Positions 1 to 12,112 of a DNA stretch of 64,000 nt are shown here, piece after piece. Every line of letters begins with the position of its first letter. Positions within the stretch are counted from its first letter, which is position 1. Both the position numbers and the translations under genes were made by a program. The notes under the pieces are model-generated. The model was given only the letters and a program-made list of their open reading frames with translations, did no database searches and was not told where the DNA came from. The DNA is from Podarcis melisellensis (taxonomy: Eukaryota), in NCBI GenBank assembly GCA_964234715.1, contig OZ174280.1, one strand, 5' to 3'.

Positions 1-28
1 GTCTTTCACATTACTTGGCAGCTGAAAT

Positions 29-350
29 TAAGGATGAACTAATATGTGAATTTCAGTTTCTCACATACATCAGCATTTTAGTGTGAATTTCTCCTAATAC
101 ACACATTTTTGTAAGCACTTTTGCTCACTAAAACACATTTTTGCACCATTTCCCCTAATATAATGCATTTGTGTCTGCTATTTTCACAAATATATGCACA
201 CTATGGCCTACTACATGCATTTTTGTACACATTATTTGGCCAAAGAACTGCATTGCAAAATTTGGAGAACTACAAATTTCAAAGGGTGGCTGTGTTTTGG
301 TTCGTGAATTTTAGGACATTTTGGGTTAGCAGACTTGGGCAAGTATGAAG
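29..350 (-). mobile_element. Degenerate non-autonomous DNA transposon, same family as 17346-18125 and 29081-29486 (boundaries approximate)
   Basis: Reverse-complement similarity to the A-rich 'aaaatgcatat..tagg' body of the copies at 17.4 kb and 29.1 kb. Confidence 0.55.
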
Positions 351-427
351 CTCCCACTTTATTAGAGGGGGCAATCTGGGAAATGCTAGTGAAGTTCTAT
401 AGGAATTAGTTGAACATAATAACCAAG

Positions 428-502
428 TCATAGAATCATAGAATCATAGAGCTGGAAGAGACCACAAGGGCCATCGAGTCCAACCCCCTGCCAAGCAGGA
501 AA
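428..502 (-). mobile_element. CR1-type LINE/SINE 3' terminus
   Basis: (CATAGAAT)n terminal octamer repeat followed by 'gagctggaagagaccacaagggccatcgagtccaaccccctgcc', the typical CR1 3' end. Confidence 0.8.
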
Positions 503-560
503 GTCACATTCCAGCACTCAAAATGCAGCGTTGTCACAACAACAAACTTTGATTGAGTTG

Positions 561-1006
561 TGTCAGGGAACTGCCATCGGTTCAGGAGGGAGAGAGGAAA
601 AGCCGGATGGATTACAGAGAGCCCCCAAAGATCGTGGGAAGCAGCTCCTCCTCAGCGGAGGAGAGTAACCATGCCTCCAGTGGAGAGGAGCTGCAGGGCT
701 CGGAGGAGGCGAGGCGGAGCCAGGACACCTTGCCTGGGCAAAGCGGGGAGGAGAGGGGTCCTCCGTTACCCATGCCCTAAGCTTTCGCACCAAGAGGGGA
801 GGCGCAGACTGGGCGTCAAGAAATTACTTTGCTGGTGAAAAGTTTAAGGACTGCCCACTCACGGATTCTGCCAGTGAATGAGCCAGCCACGGGAGAGTGG
901 CGCTCTTGACAGATAAAGTTTATTTTTGCATCAAAAGCAAGGCTTCGCAGCCAAGCAGGGAGGTATTTGCCTGCTTGCTCTCGAGCAACCCCTTGGAACC
1001 TTTACA
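561..1006 (+). mobile_element. Solo LTR (Gypsy-like)
   Basis: TG...CA termini, 5-bp TSD agttg/ggttg (556-560, 1007-1011), purine-rich body, polyA-like signal near 913-925. Confidence 0.7.
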
Positions 1007-1104
1007 GGTTGGGTTCAACGAGTTGCCCCATTGGCCCTGAGATTATACAGCTATGTAGTCTATTAAACTGCACACAAAGCACTGATTTATTCAAGGCAGT
1101 AGAC

Positions 1105-1306
1105 CAGAGGTTTCCAAACTTTTCATGTTGGTGACACACTTTTTAGACTTGCATCATTTTGTGACACAGTAACTCAGTTTTACTAGCAAACTGGAGGTTA
1201 AACTAACCCCTTTCCAGCCCCAGGAGGAGCTCAGGGAGCATTCGCCCAACACACCTACATACTGCAACATACTAACGTGTTGCAACGCATAGTTTGGAAA
1301 GCTCTG
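1105..1306. mobile_element. hAT-type MITE
   Basis: TIRs CAGAGGTTTCCAAACT / AGTTTGGAAAGCTCTG; 8-bp TSD cagtagac/caataaac. Confidence 0.8.
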
Positions 1307-2136
1307 CAATAAACACTCTGCTGTAAGAGCTAATAAAAACTAGCACATCTAAACTAGACTGGAAGTCCATCAGGAAAAACATTGCCCTAGCAACAGCCTA
1401 TGTATCCCAGCCCATTCCTCGAGAACTGTAATTTTGCTGGATCAACCAATATACCATTTCTAAATAGAGAGATGTTTCGCTTCCAAGCTTGCCTAGAAAC
1501 CATGCTTCCACACCTGGAATTCCTGCCTCCCTAATGTAGTGACAGAATATGTGCAAAGTAATAACATGGATAAATGATTCTGCACATGCTCAGAACAACT
1601 CTTTTTATATGCTACAAGCTTCCAAGGCTAGGCTTCCATCAGATCAATCCACGCTGTTAAACAAAAGAGCCAAGAATCCATTATTAAATAGATTAACCTT
1701 TCGTAAGAGTTAGTTGCCTTCTGTCCTCTGGCCAAAGATAATATCTTTTCCCTGGGCTCAGAACAGGTCATTAAATTATAATCCAAATCTTTAGAAAAGG
1801 GCAAGAAATTCATCTCACACATGCTAGAAGAAGACAATATGTCCACTTAACATTTCCAATCCCCTACAAACCTCCCTCAGAGAGACAAAATCTAAAGATG
1901 GAGGATTCTCAGGACAAGATGGAAGATAAAAATGTTATCACCAGGGCTTTTTTTCGGCCGGAACTCAGTTCCGGCAGCTCTTGGGGAAGGAAGGCTATAA
2001 ATGCCCCCTCAAAAAAAAATGTTGGCAAGACTTGACTTAATTTTCAAACTTTCTCATGCCTGTATGTACATGGAATTTGAATTGCCTCCAAACTCTGTTG
2101 CATCACTGTAGATTTTAAAAAGGCAATATTGAAGGC

Positions 2137-2137
<1 letters not shown>

Positions 2138-2173
<36 letters not shown>

Positions 2174-2541
2174 GAAATTTGTATACCGCCCTATACCTGC
2201 ATGTCTCAAGACTGTCCTCAACATAAAATCACAATATAAAAACACAAAATACATTTTTTTTAAAGAACACATTTTAATCAGCCAAAGGCCTGGTTAAAAG
2301 GAATGTTTTTGCCTGGTATCTAAAGGTGTATAATTAAGGTGTCAATCTAACCTCCCTTGGAAGAGTATTTCACAAGCAGGGAGCCGAGCCACTGCAAAAA
2401 AGGCAAGTTGTCATATTGCCAACCCCTGGACCTCTTGTGGAGGAGGCACACAAAGAAGGAGCTCAGAAGATTATCTCAGGGTCTGGGTAGGTTCATATGG
2501 AGAGAGGCGGTCCTTGAGGTATTGCGGTCCTGAGCTGTTTA
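2138..2541 (-). mobile_element. L2 LINE 3' fragment with (TAT)n tail
   Basis: (ATT)n at 2138-2173 then 'tttgtataccgccct...' and L2-like ORF2 end ('ggagagaggcggtccttgaggtattgcggtcctgagctgttta'). Confidence 0.7.
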
Positions 2542-3087
2542 TTATAATAATAAACCTTGTTTATAATATTATAAACTTGTTTATCAGAGACAATAGCTAT
2601 AATATAAGTGCAGTGTGCACACATAATGGGCAGTCATACTAACACCAGTCTTCTGCAAAAATCTAACATCATTTTTTAAAGCCATGACTACCTTTATTAA
2701 TACTTTCAAGGCTAAATCAGCTGCTCTCCAGACTACTGTTGCTCTTTCAGCAAAGTGTACTCTGTAACCTGAACACTTTCAATGTGTTCAACTTTGCCCA
2801 GACTTCCCTCTTCTAATTTATTGTCAAGGTATTTAGCACGCATTAGCAATAATCTTTTTAGTGACAGCTACAACAGCAGCTATTAAGCTTTCCCTCTTCC
2901 ACCTTGTCAACTTTTATTTGCTCTAATTTCCTGCTCAGTAGGAGATTTGTACTTTTTCATTGTCATACATTTGCATCCTGTGTACTCATAAAGCTTTTCC
3001 TCCTTGTTCTTCTGGACTTTTGACTTCTTTATGCTGTTTCAGAGTTTAGTTGTATTTTCTGTTTTATACCATCCTATACAATTCACT

Positions 3088-3437
3088 GGGACGCGGGTGG
3101 CGCTGTGGGTTAAACCACAGAGCATAGGACTTGCTGATCAGAAGGTTGGCAGTTCGAATCCCCATGACAGGGTGCACTCCCGTTGCTCAGTCCCTGCTCC
3201 TGCCAACCCAGCAGTTTGAAAACACCTCAAAGTGCAAGTAGATAAATAGGTACTGCTCCGGCGGAAAGGTAAACAGTGTTTCTGTGCACTGCTCTGGTTC
3301 GCCAGAAGTGGCTCTGTCATGCTGACCACATGACCCGGTAGCTGTACGCTGGCTCCCTCGGCCAATAAAGCGAGATGAGAGCCACAACCCCAGAGTCGGC
3401 CATGACTGGACCCAATGGTCAGGGGTCCCTTTACATT
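3088..3437 (+). mobile_element. Sauria SINE (POM-type), full length
   Basis: tRNA-derived head GGGACGCGGGTGGCGCTGTGGGTTAAACC, B box GTTCGAATCC, ACCTTT-like tail; perfect 13-bp TSD TATACAATTCACT (3075-3087, 3438-3450). Confidence 0.95.
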
Positions 3438-3715
3438 TATACAATTCACTACTCCCCAGAAATGTAGATTTACACGAAAAAGGCCTTTATCAGTCCTTTT
3501 AAAGAAAGTCACTAGGAAGAAAACTTCCACTGCAACCAGTGAAAACTTGTCTCCCAATGCAAACAAGCAGGTGCAGAACACCTGGTCCAGAACAGGACTG
3601 CTAAAAGTCCCCTACTCACAAAACCCATTCCCAGCCAAAGTCCTAAACCTGATCACAACTCCTGCACCTGGTATTTACTCTAGATCAAACACCATGAACA
3701 CCATTGCTATTTGCA

Positions 3716-3961
3716 TAGGGTTGCCATACGTCCAGAATTTTCCGGACATAGCCAGGATTCGGCCATTGGAAACAGTGTCCAGGCTGAAATCACTGAAATG
3801 TCCGGGAAAATCCAGACGTATGGCAACCAATGTCAGAAGTGTTGATTTTGGCAAATTTCCTTTAAAATAGCTCAAAATTTTAACCTTTTTTTGAGATTTT
3901 TCAAATAAAGCTCAACAACTTTTCTGTCCAGATTTTCACTTTTTGAAATATGGCAACCCTA
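3716..3961. mobile_element. hAT (Blackjack-like) MITE
   Basis: TIRs TAGGGTTGCCATA / TATGGCAACCCTA; perfect 8-bp TSD TATTTGCA (3708-3715, 3962-3969). Confidence 0.9.
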
Positions 3962-5007
3962 TATTTGCATGAATAGTGTCACGTCTAGTTTGGCCTTCTC
4001 ATAAGTTGCCATAGTCTTCCTCTGCTTCAAGAATAAATCTGTGTCTTCACAACAGCTCATAGAGTTGGGCCATCCATCTATTTTTATGACTGGGATTGAA
4101 GGAGCTACTTTAGGTGAGTCAAACGGTTTTGTGCCTGTGCATCTCATTCAATTATAAACTATATGTAAAGCTCCCCACAATTTCAAAAATCAGCTGGCCA
4201 ACTGGCACATACACAAAATCTGCTTGGCATGTAGAAAGGACCTCATTTTTAAGTGTCTACATGTTCACCCATAACATGCTTGGCAGGTGAGAAAATTGTC
4301 ATTGACCAACCCTAACAATGTTAGTCTCCTCCAAAGCAAGAGAAGCAAGATTCAAAACCAGAGCACATTTTCTATATTCTATATTGCATTCCATTCTAGA
4401 GATACAGTCTACTAGCATCCTTTCCCCACTTGATTAAATATCAGGCGACTGCTGGTTTGCTCAGATTCAGTATTTCCTGATATTTTCACAATTCTGGGCG
4501 ACTGGTGCTCTTAACAAAATGTCCTGAACGCTTAACAATTTTTTCCAATGTAATTTTTGTTCAGGTAGAATCCCATTACCCTCTCTGCCTCTAATCCACA
4601 CAACTTGGTGCATATTTAGGAACACATTAACTTTATACTTTCTAAGATATATTTGTTAAAACAGCAAGCTTTTCTCAGCCTAATCAAACATCTAAGAAAC
4701 GAAACACGTAAGGCGAGAGCATTAATAGATAATGATTCCATCCAAATGCAAGTAATTTGACAAACCAAATGTGGTGTGCTCCTAAAATAGTTGAAACAGT
4801 TAATTTCTCAATCCCTTATATATAATAAAAAAAAAATCTGTCTCATAATGCAAATCATGAATTGTGTGTGTGCTTATATATATATATATAACTTTTTGCA
4901 TATATAAGTTTTGTTTTTAATAATAATAAAGTGTCGGTGTTTCTTGGCATATCTACAGCAACAGCAGGGCTTGAACCTGAGGTCAAGCAAAAGGAACAGT
5001 GTATGCT

Positions 5008-5021
5008 GTTTCCATGGAAAC
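5008..5021. promoter_or_regulatory. Perfect palindromic RFX X-box
   Basis: GTTTCCATGGAAAC matches the RFX consensus GTNRCC(N)RGYAAC-type palindrome, in non-repetitive sequence. Confidence 0.45.
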
Positions 5022-5319
5022 TGTACTAGGATAATGTCAGGTACTGAGATACCAAGAATGGAGAAATAAAATCACTACATTATTTTAATAAACAAGCTCT
5101 ATTGTAATAATTTAACTATATTTTATGGAGGGAGTGTTCAAAACATGTCCTACGTTCAGATATTGCATATTTATTCACAGGCAGCGATAAAGAAGAAAAA
5201 AAATACTTAATAACGCTTCTTGAGGATTTGGGAAAGGGACATCTAAGCAGACTGACTACCCGCTGGGCTGAGCAACAAGCAGGAAACAGAAGACCCTAAG
5301 GCAGGAGAGACCCCATGGC

Positions 5320-5459
5320 CCAGCATAGCTCAGATGGTAAACTCTTCAACTCAAGGTGGTGGGTTCAAGCCCTATGTTGGGCAAAAGACTTCTGCATTGC
5401 AGGGGGTTGGACTAGATGCCCCTTGTGGTCCCTTCCAACTCTACAGTTCTATGATTCTA
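5320..5459 (+). mobile_element. tRNA-head SINE with CR1-derived tail
   Basis: A box (tagctcagatggta), B box (gggttcaagccc), tail 'gggggttggactagatg...cccttccaactctacagttctatgattcta'. Confidence 0.8.
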
Positions 5460-5711
5460 ACTCCCACCAGCCCCACACTGCAGGGCCCACAGATATGGAT
5501 GTTGAGAGATGCAGCTATGAAAGACAAGGATGGTCCCAAAGGGTTTGGCGTGATGCTATGCTGGGCTACTTGATAGGGACTCAATGTTCTGGATGAGCAC
5601 AATGAAGCCCTGAAAACCCTCGTTCAGACATGACCTACCAGAACACAACAAATGTCATTCTCAAAGGCATTTAAGTTCTCGAATAAACTCTAAACAACTT
5701 TTTGCAACTAG

Positions 5712-5850
5712 CAGGGCTTTTTTTCCCCAGCCAGACCTCACCACAAGTCATTTGTGGCATCTCTCCGGTGGGCGCCATTGCCATTCTAAGAGAATGAGGG
5801 AGGTGTTCATGGTGAGTTTCGGCACCTCATTTTCTAGAAAAATACCACTG
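5712..5850. mobile_element. hAT-type MITE (CAGGGCTTTTTT / CAGTGCTTTTTT family)
   Basis: Shares body and termini with 6598-6735 in the opposite orientation; further fragments at 1942-1985 and 10363-10435. Confidence 0.7.
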
Positions 5851-5879
5851 GCAGTTTGTCATGTGTCCACAACTGCAAC

Positions 5880-6170
5880 ATCGGAAGCTGCCTCATGCAG
5901 AGTCAGAGCAATAGCCAATCTAGCTCTTTAGAGCAGGCATCCCCAAACTCAGTGTTTTGGGACTACAACACCCATCATCCCTGACCACTGGTCCTGTTAA
6001 CTAGGGATGATGGGAGTTGTAGTCCCAAAACATCTGGAGGGCCGAGTTTGGGGGTGCCTGCCTTAGAGTCTATAGTGACTGGCAGTCCTATAGCCTGTAG
6101 TCTTTTTTCTCAGCCTTGCCTAGAGATACTGGGAAGTGAACCTAGGAACTTTTGCATGCATAGCATTCGC
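5880..6170 (-). mobile_element. Degenerate tRNA-head/CR1-tail SINE interrupted by a hAT MITE
   Basis: 'ggaagctgcctcatgcagagtcagagcaat..tctagctc' tail and 'gaacctaggaacttttgcatgca' head; same family as 14390-14575, 46480-46630 and 52802-53175. Confidence 0.6.
5934..6060. mobile_element. Palindromic hAT MITE (GACTACAACTCCCATCATCCCT family)
   Basis: TIRs CAGGCATCCCCAAACTC / GAGTTTGGGGGTGCCTG; 8-bp TSD ctttagag/ccttagag. Confidence 0.9.
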
Positions 6171-6284
6171 TTGTGGTCTCTGACTGAGCTATGACTGAGT
6201 TATGACTGAGCATGTACTCTCTGACTGACCTTCTCAATTATCATCCTCTAACCAGTCTGTTCTTCCTGCCCCCCACACCCCCAG

Positions 6285-6334
6285 CAACTACAGCTAGAGA
6301 GCCACACACCCAACTACAGCTAGAGAGCCACACA
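6285..6334. repeat. Local tandem duplication (~26 bp x2)
   Basis: caactacagctagagagccacaca occurs twice in tandem. Confidence 0.85.
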
Positions 6335-6597
6335 TTTCCTCCAGAAATCCATTTTTTATTCTGCATTCATGATTATCTGTGCTCATGATTCTATTAGGTA
6401 CAGTCATACCCAATTGCACTTTCAATACCGTTCACGCCTACAAAGTTTTCAGGCAGTCACACTGCTTCATTTCCAGTCGGTACGTATCATGTGACTTCCT
6501 GATGAAATCCCGTAACATTTTATACCATAAATGTTCTGGTTTCTTTTTGTCCTGCTTTTGTTGTGCTGCAGCCCCTCTGCACAGCAACTCTGTGGAT

Positions 6598-6735
6598 CAG
6601 TGCTATTTTTCTAGAAAAAGAGGTGCTGGAACTCACCATGAACACCTCCTTTGTCCTCTTGGAATGGCAGCCACCTGAGAGGTGCCAGGACTGAGTTCCG
6701 GTGAGTTCCAGCTGGAGAAGAAGAAAAAAGCCCTA
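6598..6735. mobile_element. hAT-type MITE
   Basis: Termini CAGTGCTATTTTT / AAAAAAGCCCTA; 8-bp TSD ctgtggat/ctgttgat. Confidence 0.8.
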
Positions 6736-6973
6736 CTGTTGATGTCACGAGTCCTGAGGCAGCGCCAGGAGAGCTCATGGGCCACAACAGGGCGTTGGGT
6801 CACACATTAAGCACTACATTCATAGAGCACCCTGCAACTTTATAGATGAGAGAACTTACATATGTGGAAAAACACACTACCATAAGAAAAACCAAGTATT
6901 CTCATGGTACTCTCAACCAGCACATGCAGTGAGGAGACAATTTGCGGCTCCTTGTTGCTATGTCTGCAAGTCT

Positions 6974-7342
6974 TGTTGGAGTTAGTGGGCTCACGATCTC
7001 AAAAGACCCAGGATATGTGAAATATACTCAGAGTCGAGAGTGGATTTCAGGCTCTTTATTCAGCTCATAGTGGGAGGAGGAACGAATGTTCCCTCAAAGT
7101 ATCTGCTTTATGTACATTATTTACACAATGGGTGGCGCGTGATTGGCTAATTCCAGAATTCTCCTGTAGGCCAATCAGGTTATGGATTCACTTCTATCTG
7201 GAGCTGGATTGGGTGGCTCCTGCAGACCAATCATACTGCTGCATTGTTCTAGGACCAATCAGACTGCTGCATTCTGAATCCTATTGTTCTAGGACCAATC
7301 AGAGTGCTACATTTTGGATCCTATTCAACTCAGTACGTAACA
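6974..7342 (-). mobile_element. Solo LTR-like element with CCAAT array (left boundary uncertain)
   Basis: TGT...ACA termini, TTTATT (reverse polyA signal) near 7055, repeated 'gaccaatca' units; no clean TSD found. Confidence 0.6.
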
Positions 7343-8839
7343 CCATGCAACAAGATTTCATGAGATGAGGTTGGAGCGGAGCTGGTCCTCCGTTATACAC
7401 ATACCCTGTGTGTTATATTCACAGACCAGTCTGCAATTTTAAAGAGAGCACCCGGCACATGTGGAAAAGTACATGAACTTCAATGGGTTCATGTGCAGTC
7501 ATTTTATGCTTTTTTTACTTTTCTCATTTTCTAGGAGCAACACATCCACCACATTCTGCACCAATTGCATCTAATAAAGCTATATTGTAAGTTAAAAGAT
7601 AAAATTGCACTGAAGGGTGTTTTTATTGTTGCCGTTGTTGTTGTTTAAATTGCTTCAGAAACCCCCACCCCATCACATGAGCAGCGCGGTGCCAAAGCTT
7701 TAACAAAACAATAAAAAGTCATGAATTTGCTAATACAGGGACAAGCATGTCAGCCTGGATTTGAGTGATCTTATTTGAAAAGTAATTTGAAATTTCTTCA
7801 CAGCGAGAAACACTTGACTCTGCCAGCAGATGCAAACAGGCAACATTATTCACATTGTAAATCATCCAGAACAGTTCCACTAATCAAAACCTGTGGTGCA
7901 GGAAAAGAAAATTTTATTCACCCTCATGCACAACCATAGCTGAGAATTCGAAGGCGTGTGTGTGTGTGTGTGGATCACACCAAGAGCAAAGGTCACATCA
8001 CCAGCTCTCTGGACATCTTTCTCCTCTCCTTTCCAGTTTCTGGACAATTAAATAAGAGAAGAGACTCCTGGTGGGAACGGGCAAAATTCACCCTTGCAGC
8101 CACCATGTAGGTGGTAAAAACAACAATTTCAAAGCCTATTCTCCGAAGCCCACATTGCTAGTGGTGCAATTTAAAATTCTTCCTATGACAATAGCTGACC
8201 ATTGGTAAACCACCATTCGTGCGGCTATTTTGACTTCTCTACCTGTGCTTTAAATGGGCACTTCTCCATCCTTGACTTTCTCCCGTATCACAAGAGTAGT
8301 CATTATTCTGCATGAGTAATATCATTAAGTATCATTAAGTCTTTTACAAAAGGGTACAGTTCAATAAGCTCAGCTGCCTGTCCTTCATTTGTCCAACAGA
8401 ATTCTAAGCTTCCCTCAGCATGGATGTGTTTTATGTTTAGCCAAGCAAAATGGAGCAGATAGCAGCCCAATCTAAAACACAAAGAACAATCATAAAGCCT
8501 GGAGGGTTCCCCCCCCCCCCCATCCTAATCGAAATGTGGAGCTCAGCCTACATCTCTTTTACAGTGGTGCCTAGTGTGAATCACAGCTGATAGGATGGAA
8601 AGTAGAGAGGGCGATGAGTAGGTGGAGCCAGAGCCAATGAGAGGCCAATAGAACTCACCCTGCTGAGTTCTATAAGGACAACAACAAGACGAAGGAGTGG
8701 GAAGTTGCCACCCTCTAGACTCCTTGTGGAGACAAGTGGAGACTAGTAGGCCTCCCATTTGTTCTCTGTGTTGCAAGCTCCTCTTTTGCCCATGGGCCAC
8801 TGCCTCACATTGAAGGCAGATGAACCTACACACCACACA

Positions 8840-9799
8840 CGTACCCTCTAATATTCCTTCGATGGAAATAGGGACATCCTATTCTATAACAATAAATGTA
8901 CCATATTTTTCGCTCTATAGCACGTACCCGACCATAACACGCACATAGCTTTTAGAGGAGGAAAACAAGAAAAAAAATACTCTAAACGAAACAGCGGATG
9001 TATGATTTTTGTGGTTCATGCTGTGGCCACAGACATGTGATCTGACGGTGAGTTTGGGGTGACCCAATGCAAAAATCCTGAGGATCCATGTGGATCCGTG
9101 CTTTGTAACCATTTTTTAAGTGGGGAGGGAAGGAAAAGCACTCAAGGGACAAGGAGCACGCGAGGGGTGTGTGGAGAAGGATGCTGCTAATAATGCAGAA
9201 GAGGGGTATAAGAGGAGAAGGCTCCTCTCTTCTCCCGCTTTGCTCCTTTAAAGCAAGCAGGCTCTCTATCCCTCTCTCTTCCCCACACAGCGGGTCTTCT
9301 CCCTCTTTGCTATTTCAAAGCGAGCCACAGAGGAGGGAAGGAAGGGGAACCATGGATCCTCTGCTCACGACTGCAGCAGATCCCCCCGCCATCTGTAGGC
9401 ATTTGCTCCATAACACGCACAGACATTTCCCTTTACTTTCTAGGAGGAAAAAAGTGAGTGTTATGGTGCAAAAAATACGGTAATTTTATTATTTATACCC
9501 TGCTCATTGGACTGGGTTAGCCCTAGCCATTCTGGGCAGCTTTCAACATGTATAAAAACATACGTAACAAAACATTAAACATTAAAAATTACCCTATATG
9601 GAGCTGTCTTCAGATGTCTTCTAAAGGTTGTATAGCTACTTATCTCCTTGGCTCGGGGGTTGCATACCCTCCAACATTTCTCTGATGAAAATAGGGACAT
9701 CCTAAGGAAAAGTGGGACATTCCGGGATCAAATTAGAAACCGGGATGGCATTACTAAATCAGGAATGTCCCTGGAAAATAGGGACACTTGGAGGGTCTT
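8840..9799 (-). mobile_element. Composite DNA transposon (MITE plus captured L2 3' end), copy C, interrupted by a mariner-type MITE
   Basis: Reverse complement of copies at 28159 and 32820; flanks cacaca/cactca. Confidence 0.75.
8901..9480. mobile_element. Tc1/mariner (pogo/Tc2-like) non-autonomous element
   Basis: TIRs CCATATTTTTCGCTCTATA / TTATGGTGCAAAAAATACGG, TA TSD on both sides. Confidence 0.8.
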
Positions 9800-9822
9800 C
9801 ACTCAGGTCTCTTTTATCCAGA

Positions 9823-9953
9823 NNNNNNNNNNNNNNNNNNNNNNNNNNNNNNNNNNNNNNNNNNNNNNNNNNNNNNNNNNNNNNNNNNNNNNNNNNNNNN
9901 NNNNNNNNNNNNNNNNNNNNNNNNNNNNNNNNNNNNNNNNNNNNNNNNNNNNN
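9823..9953. other. Assembly gap (131 N)
   Basis: Run of N bases. Confidence 1.
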
Positions 9954-10629
9954 GTTGCCTCAGGACACAGCAGGACAGGAGCTAACTCCTACCTTCACAC
10001 AATTTTATTATTGAAGACCCTTTTAAATTGATTGTTGCCAAGTTCTGTATGGGTACGAGTTGAAGCATCCTCAGTTATGGTTTTTAATGAACCTACATGC
10101 AAAGTTTACATAATTAAGGCAGGTTCAGAACCCGCTTCTATATTTCTAAATAGGCCCAAATCAGAGGTGGAGACCTAAATATTTTTACCTGGCTGCACTT
10201 GAGTCCTTGGACTCAAGATAATGACTGATTGCCTGTTTAGAGGATAGGGATGTGAATGTGTGTAGAATAAAGCCTCCTATGCAAAAGTAAATTTTGAATT
10301 TATTGCTCCACCCACTTTTACCCTTGGGATAAAAAAAAAATATCTCCAGACCAAATATTCCCCAGTGCTTTTTTTCTGGTGGTACTCCAGAGTATGAAGT
10401 ACAGCCACCTTTTTTCCCCTTAAAAAACAACATTGGTAATAACTAATATATTTGGTTTTACCACATTCAAACAAGTATGTGCAAACTCAAAGGATGGCCC
10501 CTTGAGGCAAAGCTTGAAAAATTCAGAGTGTTGGTTCTTAATTCAGTGAGAAGGAAAGCCCAAGAGATGAAGGAGGAGAATTCTCAAGCAATTTTACAGG
10601 AAGAAAGCACCTTACATGGTTCATTGGTG

Positions 10630-10780
10630 AAGGGTGCTGACTTCACCAAGCCACGTTTCTCAGTTCTGAGAAATGTAGTTTGGTGAAGTCAGCACCCTTA
10701 ACAAACTACAGATCCCAGGATTTTCCATTACTGTTAAAGTGGTATTAGAGTGCTTTAAATATGTGGTGTGGATATGGCCC
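10630..10780. mobile_element. Fold-back MITE remnant containing a 34-bp hairpin
   Basis: Arms 10630-10663 and 10666-10699; right end 'gtgtggatatggccc' resembles a Harbinger-like terminus. Confidence 0.55.
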
Positions 10781-12112
10781 AAGACTCAGGCATCCATGGT
10801 AAAGGTTATTTGAACCAATGACCCAGCTTTTTCCCAGTGAGCCCTACTGTAGCACAGTTTCAAAACATGAGCATGACAGCATATATAAGACATGATGATG
10901 ATGATGATGAACTTTCTATCCTTGTAAGTGCAATCTCTGGCATCTCCAGGCAATGGGAGAAATTCTCTGCCTAAGATCCTGAAAAGCTGCTACTCATCAC
11001 AGCTGAAAATGCTAGTCTAGACGGACAAGTAGTCTGAGGCAGATCTGTACATTCGCATGTTTGAACAACTGTAACCTGAGATAAGAAGCAGCAAATGTTT
11101 TCCATCCGACGATTGTCAGATTTCATAAGCAAGAGTTCCTAGTGAGAGTGTCATTTTAAAATATGGTTGGCAAAGGGATATTGTTTAAACAGTTAACTCT
11201 GTCTGAACACATTATGTCTTTAGATAAGGACATCTTTCAGACCTTAATTACTGCGTTCTGTATAAAAGACTATGACAGATTGTTTCCTCCGCATCTTCTT
11301 GATGGGCTTCGCGCCACGAGAAAGCACGAATTTTCTTCTGAGAATCAACTTAAATTAATGCTATAGCTAACTCAGCTGTAAGCGACTTTCACGGCCCCAT
11401 CACTTTTGACTCTAAGCGCTCCTGTACCGTTGGAATAGTTTTTGGTGGGTGACGTCAGATGTGGCACCAAAAGAACATGCTCACACATCGCAGTCGCAGA
11501 GCAGCAAGTCCACCATCACAACTGAACTGACAGACAAGCCTGATAGCAAGCAGAGTGTTGTTTCTCTTCTCTCCCCTGCTCTCTTCTTCATTTTCTACTC
11601 CCGTCTTCTACTCCTCCAGCTAGGAAAATGTAAGCAAGTGCCACACAGCCTCATGCGAGAGACAGAAAGAGGCTCCACAATCCCTGTCTCATGGCATCTG
11701 GCTTGGGGCGGGGAAGACACCCTGTCAAACTCATCTGACAATTCGGTTGTGAAGCCGGGATCACAGCACAGCTGAAGACCACACTGCGAGTGCTCTTTCT
11801 GTACAGAGCTTGTCTCAATCAGCCTTCTGCAACATGGCACCCTTTGGGCTACAATTCCCACTAGCCCCAAGCCAGCATAGTCAAGAGCCAGCTGATGGGA
11901 ACATCTGGAGGTCACCATTTGGCCAAAATGGTAGCTTCCCTCCTTGTGGGGTTGGGCCAGAATCATAGCTAGAAGGATAACTAGGCAATGACACTAGCAG
12001 AAAAGATGACATCTCTGCTGACTCTCTGGTGACTTGCTGGAATATGGAGCTGACCAGGGCTATTGACTGGCTCCAAAGCGCCCTTTCTAAGTGCATGGAA
12101 CCTGGATTATTT

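Noticed and set aside
3138-3581. Recurring peptide 'GHVASMTKPLLANQSS...EQRELTPS' in several ORFs as a gene family
   Set aside because: It is the antisense translation of Sauria SINE copies
9648-10031. ORFs spanning the N run
   Set aside because: Artefact of the assembly gap
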